From positions 2,439 through 66,438 of the IMG/VR virus record IMGVR_UViG_3300033067_000724: 64,000 bases of DNA; one strand, given 5' to 3'. How positions within the stretch are numbered: position 1 is the first letter of the stretch; each line of letters starts with the position of its first letter. The notes under the pieces are model-generated. The model saw only the letters and a list, made by a program, of their open reading frames with translations. It made no database searches and was not told the origin of the DNA. The translations under genes and the position numbers were made by a program. Below, piece by piece: positions 27,296-37,486 of this stretch. The DNA is from a virus. Taxonomy: Duplodnaviria > Caudoviricetes.

Positions 27296-28776
27296 TGGCT
27301 AATTTAATTTCATCAGTTTCACCATTCGGTTCACCATATTGGGAAGTCCTATATGGCGGGCAGAAACTCTATCCAGCTCCACTTATTGACTTCTCTAGAG
27401 CAATCAACCGTAATGAAAATAAGGTCGCGCTTTCTCAAGAGGATACTTGGGTATTACATGGCGTTTATATTAACTCACCGTCTGGATGTTATGCAGATGT
27501 TGTCAATAACATGGCGACACTTAAGACCATCTTCGCTTCTGATGGTCTTGAATTAATAATTCAGGCTGGTTCTGCTAATCCAACATATGCTTCTGGTACA
27601 CAAGTTGTAAGTGGTATATATCCATATATTGAATCTATTAGTATTCCACAGGATAATGACCATTTCCGCAAGTTTGACTATGAGGTAACACTTAAGGCCC
27701 GTACTGCCGCAACTGGCACATCTGGTGTTGTGCAATCTTCACAAGACTCTTGGACGTTCCAAGAAAACGTAGATAATGCTACAACAAATGTTACCCACAA
27801 TGTTAGTGCTGTAGGTATTAATACTGCGGTCAGCGGAGCCTCTTCTAATGCAATAAGTAATGCCCGCGCCTTCGTATTAAGTAGATTAGGCACAGCCCAC
27901 GTTCCATCTGGATTCCCACTATATGTAGTCCCTGGTGACGTATCTGGTGTATCCTCAGTCCTATACGAATTCCAGCGCAGTCGTACAGAGACAATTGACG
28001 TTGAGGCTGGCTCTTATCAAGTAGATGAAATATTCTCATATGCATCTGGCACAAAACCATATGCAGATGCTCGTACTTATACTTATGACAGAGATGGCGA
28101 AGGTATTACAACTATCGGTGTTGCTGGTACAGTTCAAGGTTTCCCACGTTCTGACGGTACTACTGATAGATATGCGGCCTTCTATAACGCACAGTCTGGA
28201 TTCCTTAACACAATTCGTGGCGCAATTGGCGCAGATGCATCTGGTGTATATACCGCATATGGCGCGTCAGGTACATTATCAATTAGTAATCCTCAACAAA
28301 TTTCTATTTCGGAGAATAGATTTAACGGTACACTTACATATACTTACCAGTTCACAGACAATCCAAAAGAAAACCTACCATCTGGTATCGTTGAACAAAC
28401 TATTAACATTAATCGTAAGGATGCTGTACGCTTATATGTTTCACATGTTATACCACACCGTAGACTTGGTAACATGCTACAAGACATTGCTACACCAACA
28501 GAAGGTTCTATTACAATAGATGTAATGGCGAAGTCAGCAAATACTGGAGATGTTGTAGGAGATGTTAACAGAGCAATCGCACATGTACAAGATTTAATTA
28601 ATCAAAATAGACCAGCAAGTGCTGACTTTATTACCTTAAGACTTGTAGACGTTAGTCAAAGTCACGATAGACTACTATTAACCGCACAAGCAAACGTTTC
28701 ATATGCGTTTACTGTTGACCTTGCTACTGTTAACAGTGCTGACTCTGATATCTTGCTACATACTATCTCATCTTAA
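27295..28776 (+). CDS. Putative distal tail/baseplate hub protein
   Basis: Directly after tape measure, beta-rich. Confidence 0.55.
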   Translation: MANLISSVSPFGSPYWEVLYGGQKLYPAPLIDFSRAINRNENKVALSQEDTWVLHGVYINSPSGCYADVVNNMATLKTIFASDGLELIIQAGSANPTYASGTQVVSGIYPYIESISIPQDNDHFRKFDYEVTLKARTAATGTSGVVQSSQDSWTFQENVDNATTNVTHNVSAVGINTAVSGASSNAISNARAFVLSRLGTAHVPSGFPLYVVPGDVSGVSSVLYEFQRSRTETIDVEAGSYQVDEIFSYASGTKPYADARTYTYDRDGEGITTIGVAGTVQGFPRSDGTTDRYAAFYNAQSGFLNTIRGAIGADASGVYTAYGASGTLSISNPQQISISENRFNGTLTYTYQFTDNPKENLPSGIVEQTININRKDAVRLYVSHVIPHRRLGNMLQDIATPTEGSITIDVMAKSANTGDVVGDVNRAIAHVQDLINQNRPASADFITLRLVDVSQSHDRLLLTAQANVSYAFTVDLATVNSADSDILLHTISS

Positions 28777-28784
28777 GGTGACCA

Positions 28785-29321
28785 ATGAACTTACCACAAA
28801 TTGATATAATCCAACTAGATAACTTAATAAACCCATCAGGAACGCGCAATCTTGGCGCGGGAACTAGTGGATTCGTAAAATTTTTGGATACATCTTCATC
28901 TGGTCACCTTGATTATGGTTTCTTAAACGTTACAAATAGTGGAGTATACGCTGGAACCAAACTTGTATTTTTCCATCCAACATCTATGGGAGATGCTTTA
29001 GAATTATATAATTTTAGATTCTATCTTTACTCTATATCAGCATGGGGTACTGGAACATATAACTTCTTATGGGATAAGACTGTTCACTTCCAAAGTGGCA
29101 AGGCTCTTTCACTTTCAGATACAAATGTTCCAACTTCAATTCCAACTTCTGGAAACGTTCTTTCAACAGCATCTGGAATATATATACAAACAATAGCAGA
29201 ATCAGGTTGTTCACAATATATTTACCTTGATTTATATACTGGCACAAACGTACCAGTAGGAACGTATGGCGGTCCCGGCGCTGGGGGATTTAGATATAGG
29301 CTTATGTATGACTTCGTCTAA
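28785..29321 (+). CDS. Putative tail structural protein (paralog of 29733..30320)
   Basis: Shared blocks PSGTRNL/PNGVRNL, SQYIYL/SQFVYL, VPVGTYG/MPLGRYG, YRLMYDF/FRVTYDW. Confidence 0.6.
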   Translation: MNLPQIDIIQLDNLINPSGTRNLGAGTSGFVKFLDTSSSGHLDYGFLNVTNSGVYAGTKLVFFHPTSMGDALELYNFRFYLYSISAWGTGTYNFLWDKTVHFQSGKALSLSDTNVPTSIPTSGNVLSTASGIYIQTIAESGCSQYIYLDLYTGTNVPVGTYGGPGAGGFRYRLMYDFV

Positions 29322-29733
29322 AATTTGTACTAAATGTAAAATTGAGAAACAATCAAATGAATTTCGTATTCGAAAAGATGGAAAATGTCAATATTTAAAT
29401 TCTTGGTGTCGCCCATGTGAAAGAGAAAAATATAAAAATTGGCGAAAAAATAATAAAGAGACAGCTGCAAAATCAACTAAAAATAATAAACAAAAAAAGA
29501 AAGCAATAATCGCAAAATTAAAAAATGTTCCATGTGCTGATTGTGGTATTCAATACGCTGCACATATTATGCAGTTTGACCATCTACCAGAGAGAGGTGA
29601 AAAACAATTTAATATTTCTCAAGATTATAGTCTAAACTTAGAAAGAATTTTAAATGAAATAGATAAATGTGAAGTCGTTTGTGCAAATTGCCATGCAGAT
29701 AGAACATTTAAAAGAAATCAATTGGTAATCTAA
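29308..29733 (+). CDS. Free-standing HNH endonuclease with Zn finger
   Basis: CTKC...CRPC; PCADC...MQFDH...EIDKCEVVCANCHADRT; AT-rich. Confidence 0.85.
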   Translation: MTSSKICTKCKIEKQSNEFRIRKDGKCQYLNSWCRPCEREKYKNWRKNNKETAAKSTKNNKQKKKAIIAKLKNVPCADCGIQYAAHIMQFDHLPERGEKQFNISQDYSLNLERILNEIDKCEVVCANCHADRTFKRNQLVI

Positions 29734-30320
29734 TGGCTGTATATCCAACAATACAAATATTCGAATGGGATATCAACGAACAGACTTCGCCTAATGGCGT
29801 TCGAAATCTGTATGGTGGACACCCTGCCTGGGTAAAAGAGTTAGGAGAAACTGTTGCAAAAGCAATGCAGTTTGAAGATGTTATCCTAGATTTTTCTAAT
29901 ATTAGTGGAGTATATCAGTCTAGGGTACAAGCCTTTACAGTTGGCATGGCTCTAAATAATGACTTTACTATAAGCAGTCTAAGATTATGGATGCCATCTG
30001 GAACTGCTCTAAATTCAAGTGGACATATTGAATTCGCATCAAGTGGACAATGGATTTATAATGCCCATATTCCAAGTGGTTATGGAACAGTTATGCCATC
30101 TTCTCTTCCAACATCTCCAAACATCATGGCCCAGAATGGTATGAGTTGGTCATTAGATAGTGCAAGTGATTACGACACTTCACAGTTTGTGTACTTAGCA
30201 CTAACGGTTCCAAGCGGAATGCCACTAGGAAGATATGGACTTGGGAGCAACGGACATCTTGCTTTCAGAGTGACTTACGATTGGTATTGGAAGTTCAATC
30301 CATCGGGTTCACAGACTTAA
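29733..30320 (+). CDS. Putative tail structural protein (paralog of 28785..29321)
   Basis: See paralog blocks. Confidence 0.6.
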   Translation: MAVYPTIQIFEWDINEQTSPNGVRNLYGGHPAWVKELGETVAKAMQFEDVILDFSNISGVYQSRVQAFTVGMALNNDFTISSLRLWMPSGTALNSSGHIEFASSGQWIYNAHIPSGYGTVMPSSLPTSPNIMAQNGMSWSLDSASDYDTSQFVYLALTVPSGMPLGRYGLGSNGHLAFRVTYDWYWKFNPSGSQT

Positions 30321-30526
30321 TTCACCCTTCTGTCTACTCTTATCTATTTACTACTACTTTCTTTCTTAGGAGAATCTTATCTGTCGGCCTTGAAGCCTCT
30401 TTTGTCCTTCTTCTATCTTCTCTTATATACTATGGTTCCGTTGGGGTGTCTAGGTAAATCTTTTTGAATTTGTTAGTCCTGGCAGGCATCCCGTATATAG
30501 TATAGGACGCCCACCACACGGACTTG

Positions 30527-30536
30527 GTGTATAATA
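30527..30536 (+). promoter_or_regulatory. Putative late promoter GTGTATAATA
   Basis: Exact motif copy. Confidence 0.7.
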
Positions 30537-30540
30537 CAAT

Positions 30541-30663
30541 ATAGCGTGCTGCGAAGGGTTCTTGGCTCCTAAATTCAGTTGAGCCTCCTAACGCCCGAGA
30601 AATTGAATTCCTTGGCGAGAAATCGACCATTTGTTTGACAAATCCTATTTAGGAGTATTTAAA
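30541..30663 (+). promoter_or_regulatory. Long structured 5' leader with anti-SD, candidate translational switch
   Basis: CTCCTAAAT (30566-74) is the perfect complement of ATTTAGGAG (30647-55, SD); competing pairings exist. Confidence 0.4.
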
Positions 30664-30864
30664 ATGCCTACACGCATGAAATCAGGTCTATCTGGTGGCG
30701 CAGCAGCAAATGCAATGAACGTGGTCCAATGGGTCACTGGCGCTCGCATTGTTCGCGCAACTGTCGTAGACGCAAGCGACACAGTATTAGCTCGTACAGT
30801 ATTAACTCGTACTATCTCTACTGTTGTATCGGTTGCAAGCCCATACACACTCGTAACTGCTTAA
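30664..30864 (+). CDS. Small Val/Thr/Ala-rich protein (66 aa), probably abundant
   Basis: AGGAG SD, ATG 30664, capsid-like codon bias (CGT/CGC, GTA, ACT, GCA). Confidence 0.75.
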   Translation: MPTRMKSGLSGGAAANAMNVVQWVTGARIVRATVVDASDTVLARTVLTRTISTVVSVASPYTLVTA

Positions 30865-30880
30865 TCGTAGTTCGTTAAAA

Positions 30881-30919
30881 GTGTACAATAAGATAGGCCG
30901 GGCGTAAGCTCGGCCTATC
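30881..30919 (+). promoter_or_regulatory. Late-motif variant GTGTACAATA followed by 12-bp GNRA-capped hairpin
   Basis: GATAGGCCGGGC-GTAA-GCTCGGCCTATC (30892-30919), no U-tract. Confidence 0.5.
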
Positions 30920-30938
30920 GGTCTATAGGAATAGGTGT

Positions 30939-31331
30939 ATGTTTAAAATAGAAAATGGTTATTTAAAGTTCGAAGATTTTGAATTTAAACTTCCTGAAGA
31001 GGTTCGAGTAAAGACTCCCTCTAAGATTTTCGGCACATCTACAGCCGGATTACAGGTACAGCGTGGCGTATTCCTAGAAGCAAACGGTGTTTCTGGTAGA
31101 GTTGGCCTCGCAAATGGTTCAGTTATATCCGGCCATATCTATGGAAGAGTTCCTAAATATGGTATTCTTGTATACATACGAGAACAAATGGATGTTATAA
31201 ACCCAAATAAAACATTTTGGATAATCTCTATTAAAGAAGTTAATACACAAATAAACTGGATTACAGTAGAATTTACAGATGGTACTACTTTAAAAGTATG
31301 TCCATTTACGGAATATTATAATGTCTCTTAG
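30939..31331 (+). CDS. Hypothetical protein
   Basis: AGGTG SD; ORF in tail region. Confidence 0.65.
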   Translation: MFKIENGYLKFEDFEFKLPEEVRVKTPSKIFGTSTAGLQVQRGVFLEANGVSGRVGLANGSVISGHIYGRVPKYGILVYIREQMDVINPNKTFWIISIKEVNTQINWITVEFTDGTTLKVCPFTEYYNVS

Positions 31332-33972
31332 TACATTTACTCCAACACGTAGACATTATGGTTCTGGCACTCCTATTATGGGGCGCAATAATTATGTATT
31401 TCCAAATTGCTATCATGACCCAGATTGGATTTCTCAATGGAAGTTTGATGATATTTCTAGTGGTAGTGGTTTAGATTCAAAACATACTAATCATTTAAAA
31501 AGCTCAGGAACACTCACACAAGTTGCTGGATATCGCCAAACGTCTGGTGTTCAGTTTGATGGAACGTCATCTTGTTTCTGGTTAAACTGGAATAATGGTA
31601 GTGGATTGGGTCCAAATATCCGCACTCCACAAAATCGTGGAGCTGCTGACGCACTTATATATGCACATTATGGTTTTATGTGCAGTATGAAAATTTCAGA
31701 CTTTAGTCATGACCAATTTATTATTAGTAGGTGGAATGAGGTTGGTTCTGATAGAGATTGGTATATTGGAATAAATACTAGTGGTGGAATATTCTATGCA
31801 TTAAAAAACAATGGTACAACTACCAACTATTTTATTAATAGCCCAAGTGGTAACTGGATTCCATCAGGAAAATGGTTTGATTTCTGTTTTATTATTGGTG
31901 GTTCACATAATAATGATACACTAGTTGGACAATCTGTTCACTGTTTTATCAATGATACATTATGGTCTGATTGTGTTGGTAATCCAGTGTTTAGTAAGAC
32001 TGGAGCATCTGGAGTATTTGTTATTGGGGCTGCAAATTATGGTAAAACACCATCTGGCTTTTTTACAGGAGCAATAGAAGATTTTAGATTTTTTAATGGT
32101 GCATCTCCAACTATGGCAGAATATAACGCATTTCGTTCTGGTGTTGCACCAATAACATCTTGGCCATCTCTTAATGATGCAAATCCATATATTGGAGTTC
32201 ATTATCAATTAGATACATATCAATCAGGTACTGGACATAATATTGTTGGTCAACGTGCATCACCATATATTATTGACCGTAAAAATAATATGCACCTTGC
32301 AGCATCTGGTGCATCGTGGTGGCATAAATATAATAATGCATCAAGAGTATTACGTCCAGGTGCAGCAGATGGTAGTCGTGGTAGTGGTATTACTGCAATG
32401 GATGCTGAAGCATATTGGTATAGACCAGCCCCACAAATTACACCAGGAACAATATATCCAACTGGCTCATTTACATTAATGGGATGGATAAGACCATTAA
32501 CATGGAGTTCTGTATCAACAGATTGTATATGGGGAGCAAACGCATCTACTTCTCCAGTTTCTCCATTTCACATGGAATTAGAAACAAGGTCCTTCCCAAG
32601 CATATATCTTGCAAGAGATGGTACAGGAGGAAATAACTATTCGTGGAACGGACAAGCATCTGCAAAAATTAGTTCTGGTATGTGGTCGCACTTTGCATTT
32701 GTGTATAATCAAGGCGAAAGCACTGCTGATTTATATGTTTCTGGCGTTGCCGCCGCAGTAACAAAATTACAAAGTAGGTCTGGATTATGGCATCTTAATG
32801 CATTGGCTGCAACAACAAATAAAATGTATATTGGATTTCCAGTTGGAACAACAAATGGCAATCCATCTGGTATAGTTGATGAACTTATTTTATTACATTA
32901 TCCAGTGCCATCTGCTATGATTAGAGATTTTTATCAACAACAATCTGGTTTTATTACTCCAGCAGCATCAATATCTGGTACTATTGGTGGTTATACAACT
33001 GGTAGCGATATAGTTATTAGTTATACAAGTGGTATACTTGGTGGTTATATTAAGACTGGTATTTCAAACTCTGGAATGTTAGGTGGATGGATGTCTGGTA
33101 TTCCAGTAAGAACAAGTGGAATGCTAGGAGGTTATGTAAGAGTTGGACCAACATCATCTGGTAGTATCGCTGGTTATGTATGGGGATTAGTACCAGCACA
33201 AAACTATCTTGGTGGTTATTCAGCAGCAACATCTGCAGCATCTGGAACAATAGGTGGATATACACGGGCTGTTGAGCCAGTAGACCAATCTAATGCATTC
33301 GTTGCATTCTTTAATATCGTTGGAAGAACAAAGAAAGAATTTGACGCACAGGCAAAAATTGCCATGAGTCAGATTGAACAATTTGACTCTAGAGCAGTAG
33401 TTTATATTGATGAAACTCCTCCACTAGTAAATATCTTTATCCCAGATACAAATCAATCTGGATATTTCCCACCACACACGTATCATTTTGAAGCAACTGC
33501 CTCTGGTCAACAAGGTAAGTCAGTTTATCAAACCTATTGGTTCTTTTCAGATATTACAGCAACTTCTGGTTCTACGGTCACAAGTTCTGGCACATATGCT
33601 ACAGACCATACATTTTCAAAGTCTGGTATATTTGATGTAATCTTTATTGCAATAGACTCCAATGGATTAGTAAGTTCAGACAGACGTATTATTAATACAG
33701 CTTCTGGATATACATTGCCAACAATTTCATTAACAGCATCACCATTATCAGGTGTTGCGCCATTATCAGTAGCATTTAGTGGAGTAATCAATTCAGCACC
33801 TTCTCCAATAGTAGATAAGTATATTTACTTTGGTGATGGCACACGTTCAGCATCAACTCAAAATATTTATAAGATGTATCCAGTAATTGGCGAGTATATT
33901 CCAGTATTTAGAGTTAGAGACGCAAATGGATTCATAGTCACAGATTCAATAGTCATCGGAGTAAATAACTAA
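31321..33972 (+). CDS. Virion protein with two LamG/concanavalin-like domains, Gly-rich repeat linker and C-terminal PKD-like domains
   Basis: WFDFCFIIG...FFTGAIEDFRFFN; SFTLMGWIRP...WSHFAFVYN...GIVDELILL; PLSGVAPLSVAF...YFGDGT. Confidence 0.75.
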   Translation: MSLSTFTPTRRHYGSGTPIMGRNNYVFPNCYHDPDWISQWKFDDISSGSGLDSKHTNHLKSSGTLTQVAGYRQTSGVQFDGTSSCFWLNWNNGSGLGPNIRTPQNRGAADALIYAHYGFMCSMKISDFSHDQFIISRWNEVGSDRDWYIGINTSGGIFYALKNNGTTTNYFINSPSGNWIPSGKWFDFCFIIGGSHNNDTLVGQSVHCFINDTLWSDCVGNPVFSKTGASGVFVIGAANYGKTPSGFFTGAIEDFRFFNGASPTMAEYNAFRSGVAPITSWPSLNDANPYIGVHYQLDTYQSGTGHNIVGQRASPYIIDRKNNMHLAASGASWWHKYNNASRVLRPGAADGSRGSGITAMDAEAYWYRPAPQITPGTIYPTGSFTLMGWIRPLTWSSVSTDCIWGANASTSPVSPFHMELETRSFPSIYLARDGTGGNNYSWNGQASAKISSGMWSHFAFVYNQGESTADLYVSGVAAAVTKLQSRSGLWHLNALAATTNKMYIGFPVGTTNGNPSGIVDELILLHYPVPSAMIRDFYQQQSGFITPAASISGTIGGYTTGSDIVISYTSGILGGYIKTGISNSGMLGGWMSGIPVRTSGMLGGYVRVGPTSSGSIAGYVWGLVPAQNYLGGYSAATSAASGTIGGYTRAVEPVDQSNAFVAFFNIVGRTKKEFDAQAKIAMSQIEQFDSRAVVYIDETPPLVNIFIPDTNQSGYFPPHTYHFEATASGQQGKSVYQTYWFFSDITATSGSTVTSSGTYATDHTFSKSGIFDVIFIAIDSNGLVSSDRRIINTASGYTLPTISLTASPLSGVAPLSVAFSGVINSAPSPIVDKYIYFGDGTRSASTQNIYKMYPVIGEYIPVFRVRDANGFIVTDSIVIGVNN

Positions 33973-36900
33973 TGTCCGCCCCATACGTATCAGTCATATC
34001 GGGACCATCAACACCATTCCTTGGGATTCCATTCCCAAGCGGACAAATTACTGCCGGTCAACCAGGCTCAAATCTTCTTGCATACTTAGTTGGTATGCGA
34101 GCAACCTTCGGCTTTAACTCTGAACCTCACACTTTTGAATTGGACTTTATACCATCTGGCAATGGATATGGTCACGGCGCATCTGGTAATCTACCGGCCA
34201 TTAATACTGAACTAGAAATGCAAATTTCTGGATTCTACTTAAAGGGCACAGTAGTACACGCTGATTGGGACTCCGGCGAAAATGGCACAATGCTTAACGT
34301 TAACTTACGTGACCGCAGGCCAACTCTTGACCAATATAAAGTCTCAACTGATGACTTTGGAGAATCTGTTCCAAGTGGAGTAGTTTCAGTAGCAAGAGAA
34401 TATCGCTTAATGTATGGTATTACACAAAGCGTTTCTCGTACATGGCCAGCGCGTGGTGTTACAAAAACAGAAATAGAATCTAATGACCCTAACTATTTAG
34501 AATATCAGCGTATTATTAATCTTGGTGCTACATATCCACAAATTGTGGCAGCAATCGCTAATAGATTTGGTTCTGGTGTACAAGCACAATTACCAACTGC
34601 TGCAGACATTGCGCCTAATATTGGAACAGATATAAACTCATTAAGATTTAAATTTGACCTAAATACACTTAGAGAGGTAATGGATAGCGTAACACTCGAC
34701 ACATCTTTCGAGTGGTATTGGAATATGGCTCAAGATAAGGTTTATCTTATCAATAAAAAGGCTCCATTTACAATTCCAGAAAGCCGCATCCTTACTATCA
34801 TTGATGGTTTTGGTGGTTCGGGTATTGAAAATGTTAAACAAATCTCATATGGTATTGATAAACTAACAGAGTCTACAAAAGTTGTTATGCTTGGCGCTCG
34901 CCAAGAAGGCATGATGAATAGCCGTCTACTTTCTTCAATAGATGGGCTAGACACAATTTATGATGGTCAGCCTGGTTCTGGCACATTGTTATTTGAAGCA
35001 GCATGGTCATTATTAACCGTTGGATTCTATGATGCCAATGGTTTCTATAGAACATACATTCCTTCAGAAAAAGAACTTCAAATGGCGCTTGCTGGTATTG
35101 AGCAATGGACATACTTTAAGAAATACCAGACAGAGCCAAGCCCTTCTGGCTGGAGTCTATTAGGAGATGCCGGAAGCATTGCTGCACAACATCCAGATTT
35201 CCAAAGCAGATTAGACCCACGTCAACCAATTGCTGAAATATTAGAAAATCCAGATACAAATATTCGTGTTATTAATAATCGTAGAGACTTAGATAGTAAC
35301 TGGGTTATCGAATTTTTCTCAAGAGCCAATCAACATGCTCAACGCCATTATGGTAAGAGTTATGTTGCCACTAATGCACTAGTCCGTAATGATAAAGTAT
35401 ATACAGTGCTAGAAGAAGCGTGGTGTAACCTAGAAAATCAAAGACAAGACCCATCTCTTCCATTTACAGATGACTACGAAATTGACAGAAGATATGGTCC
35501 AGTTTCTCCATTTTTTAATGTTGCAAATAACAAAGTAGGCGCACACTGTGTGTTTCCATCTGGTACAGTTTATGGACCACTTGGTGAAGATTCTCCAACA
35601 TCATTTATGTCATGGACTGAAGACGCACGCCCATTTAACCCATCTGGTAATGGCGAGCACTATGTGCCAGTAACACTAGCGATAGTTGGTAGTCGTATTA
35701 TGGACCCACGTCACGATGAGTCATTCTCATTCGAAAACTTCCCAGAGCATACAGTATGGTGCCAATTACCAACATTAGCAGGGTCTGGTATCATACAAGA
35801 CGATGTATTAGGCAACTTAGCAACACTAACTGAGTTAGGTTTACAAATCGGACAATCTGGTATTATAGACCTAATCGACCCAACACAAGTTGTTGTTCCA
35901 TACTCATTCTTAAGTGGAGTTGCAATTCCAGTAGCGTCTGATAAGAGATATGGTGTTTCATATCCAATGAATTGGGCGTCTGGTACTTCAGACCCAATTC
36001 GTGGTGATGATGTAGTTATAGATGATGGTTTGGCACCATGGAATGAATTCCCAGAAAATGCAGATACTTCTATAGATAAATTAAATAGAAGAGCATATGA
36101 TAGAATCTATGCTAGAATGTCAGACCAAGCAGATTCTCAGTATGTAAATATTACCCAAGTTGGTTTACCAAGAATTTCATTTGACTCATTCGCAACTCAA
36201 ACTGCAAATGCAAGTGGTTTAATTGGTGAACGCGAACATGGTGTTAACGAAGTTAATATTAACTATGGTGTTGGAGGATTAGAAACCAACTATCGAGCAC
36301 AATCATTCTTTTCTACCCCACGCATTCCAAGCCCATTAGAAGAACGCACACGCGCAAGATTAGAAGGTGTTATCCAGCCAATTGATTATACAGACCTAGG
36401 AAACTTCTTAGCAACATTAGGTCCTATTAACCCAACAACGTTATCACCAACTAATATGCCAACAAATCCTTCACAGTTACTAAACTTTGACTTTGAGAGA
36501 CAAGAAGCATGCACATGTGTTGGTATTAACAACATTTTTAATGAAGCAGCATGTAACAAACTAATTAATGGCCAAACTGTAGAATCAGAAGAGCGTTATT
36601 TCGTAATGGTAGATAGAAAGCGTACATTCGTATTCTCACAAACAAATATTACAATTGGTGTTGGATTAAGTGTTCATTCACATACTCTTAACTCGTTAAG
36701 CGTTGGTGTAGCAATTTTCCCAGATAATGTTGATATTAATCAAGCAGATATTTTAACTACTGTTAAAGACCAAAATACTATTTATATTCAAAATAATGGA
36801 CCATCATTCGTTGGCACATTAATTATCTCTAATAGAGAAGGTGCATATCGACCAACACAAGAGACAATTCGAAACGGTTATGACGTTACATGGCAAGGTG

Positions 36901-37484
36901 TTGTATGTAATGATGGTTACTTGAATCTAAATGATAAATGTGTTTATCTACATAAGCGTGTAGACGGTGAAGAACTAGCCTACCTAACTGGTGGTAGAAA
37001 GTTTAACGCAGGAACAATCACAACTGTAGAGTCAGCAAACACAGGTGGTTCATATAACGTATCAATTTATGGTGACCCACATGGTCGTTGGATTTATGGT
37101 ATATCATCATTAAACAACGTTGCACTATCAATTGGCTCTCAAGCACCAGTAGAAGGAAGTACCGGCGCCTCAATGAGGCCAGGTCCAGCAACATCAGGAT
37201 TCGTAATTATTCCACCAGGTAATGGTGGTGGTGGTATTCCAGCAATGATAACATCCCTTACAAATGCTGGCACAAGTGGTGCTACGGCAGTTGTAAAACA
37301 ATTAGATGCTTCTGGTTTACTCACACAGGCTCAATATTCAAACGTATATGTTATCCCATATCCTCAGTTCGCAGAAGTAGGAGATAGAGGATTAATGGCA
37401 ACCTATACACCCACAAGCGGTACTGGTGGAGCTGATGTGCGATATATTCATATCAGTCGTTCAACATTCTTAAAATATGTGTAA
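33972..37484 (+). CDS. Putative tail tip/central tail (baseplate hub-like) protein
   Basis: 1170 aa, position; N-terminal GFNSEPHTFELD...LRDRR pattern. Confidence 0.55.
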   Translation: MSAPYVSVISGPSTPFLGIPFPSGQITAGQPGSNLLAYLVGMRATFGFNSEPHTFELDFIPSGNGYGHGASGNLPAINTELEMQISGFYLKGTVVHADWDSGENGTMLNVNLRDRRPTLDQYKVSTDDFGESVPSGVVSVAREYRLMYGITQSVSRTWPARGVTKTEIESNDPNYLEYQRIINLGATYPQIVAAIANRFGSGVQAQLPTAADIAPNIGTDINSLRFKFDLNTLREVMDSVTLDTSFEWYWNMAQDKVYLINKKAPFTIPESRILTIIDGFGGSGIENVKQISYGIDKLTESTKVVMLGARQEGMMNSRLLSSIDGLDTIYDGQPGSGTLLFEAAWSLLTVGFYDANGFYRTYIPSEKELQMALAGIEQWTYFKKYQTEPSPSGWSLLGDAGSIAAQHPDFQSRLDPRQPIAEILENPDTNIRVINNRRDLDSNWVIEFFSRANQHAQRHYGKSYVATNALVRNDKVYTVLEEAWCNLENQRQDPSLPFTDDYEIDRRYGPVSPFFNVANNKVGAHCVFPSGTVYGPLGEDSPTSFMSWTEDARPFNPSGNGEHYVPVTLAIVGSRIMDPRHDESFSFENFPEHTVWCQLPTLAGSGIIQDDVLGNLATLTELGLQIGQSGIIDLIDPTQVVVPYSFLSGVAIPVASDKRYGVSYPMNWASGTSDPIRGDDVVIDDGLAPWNEFPENADTSIDKLNRRAYDRIYARMSDQADSQYVNITQVGLPRISFDSFATQTANASGLIGEREHGVNEVNINYGVGGLETNYRAQSFFSTPRIPSPLEERTRARLEGVIQPIDYTDLGNFLATLGPINPTTLSPTNMPTNPSQLLNFDFERQEACTCVGINNIFNEAACNKLINGQTVESEERYFVMVDRKRTFVFSQTNITIGVGLSVHSHTLNSLSVGVAIFPDNVDINQADILTTVKDQNTIYIQNNGPSFVGTLIISNREGAYRPTQETIRNGYDVTWQGVVCNDGYLNLNDKCVYLHKRVDGEELAYLTGGRKFNAGTITTVESANTGGSYNVSIYGDPHGRWIYGISSLNNVALSIGSQAPVEGSTGASMRPGPATSGFVIIPPGNGGGGIPAMITSLTNAGTSGATAVVKQLDASGLLTQAQYSNVYVIPYPQFAEVGDRGLMATYTPTSGTGGADVRYIHISRSTFLKYV

Positions 37485-37486
37485 TC

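Noticed and set aside
30320-30663. tRNA, tmRNA or known ribozyme/riboswitch in the largest internal gap
   Set aside because: No cloverleaf, TTCRA T-loop/CCA, hammerhead core or recognised riboswitch consensus; kept only as a novel structured-leader candidate.
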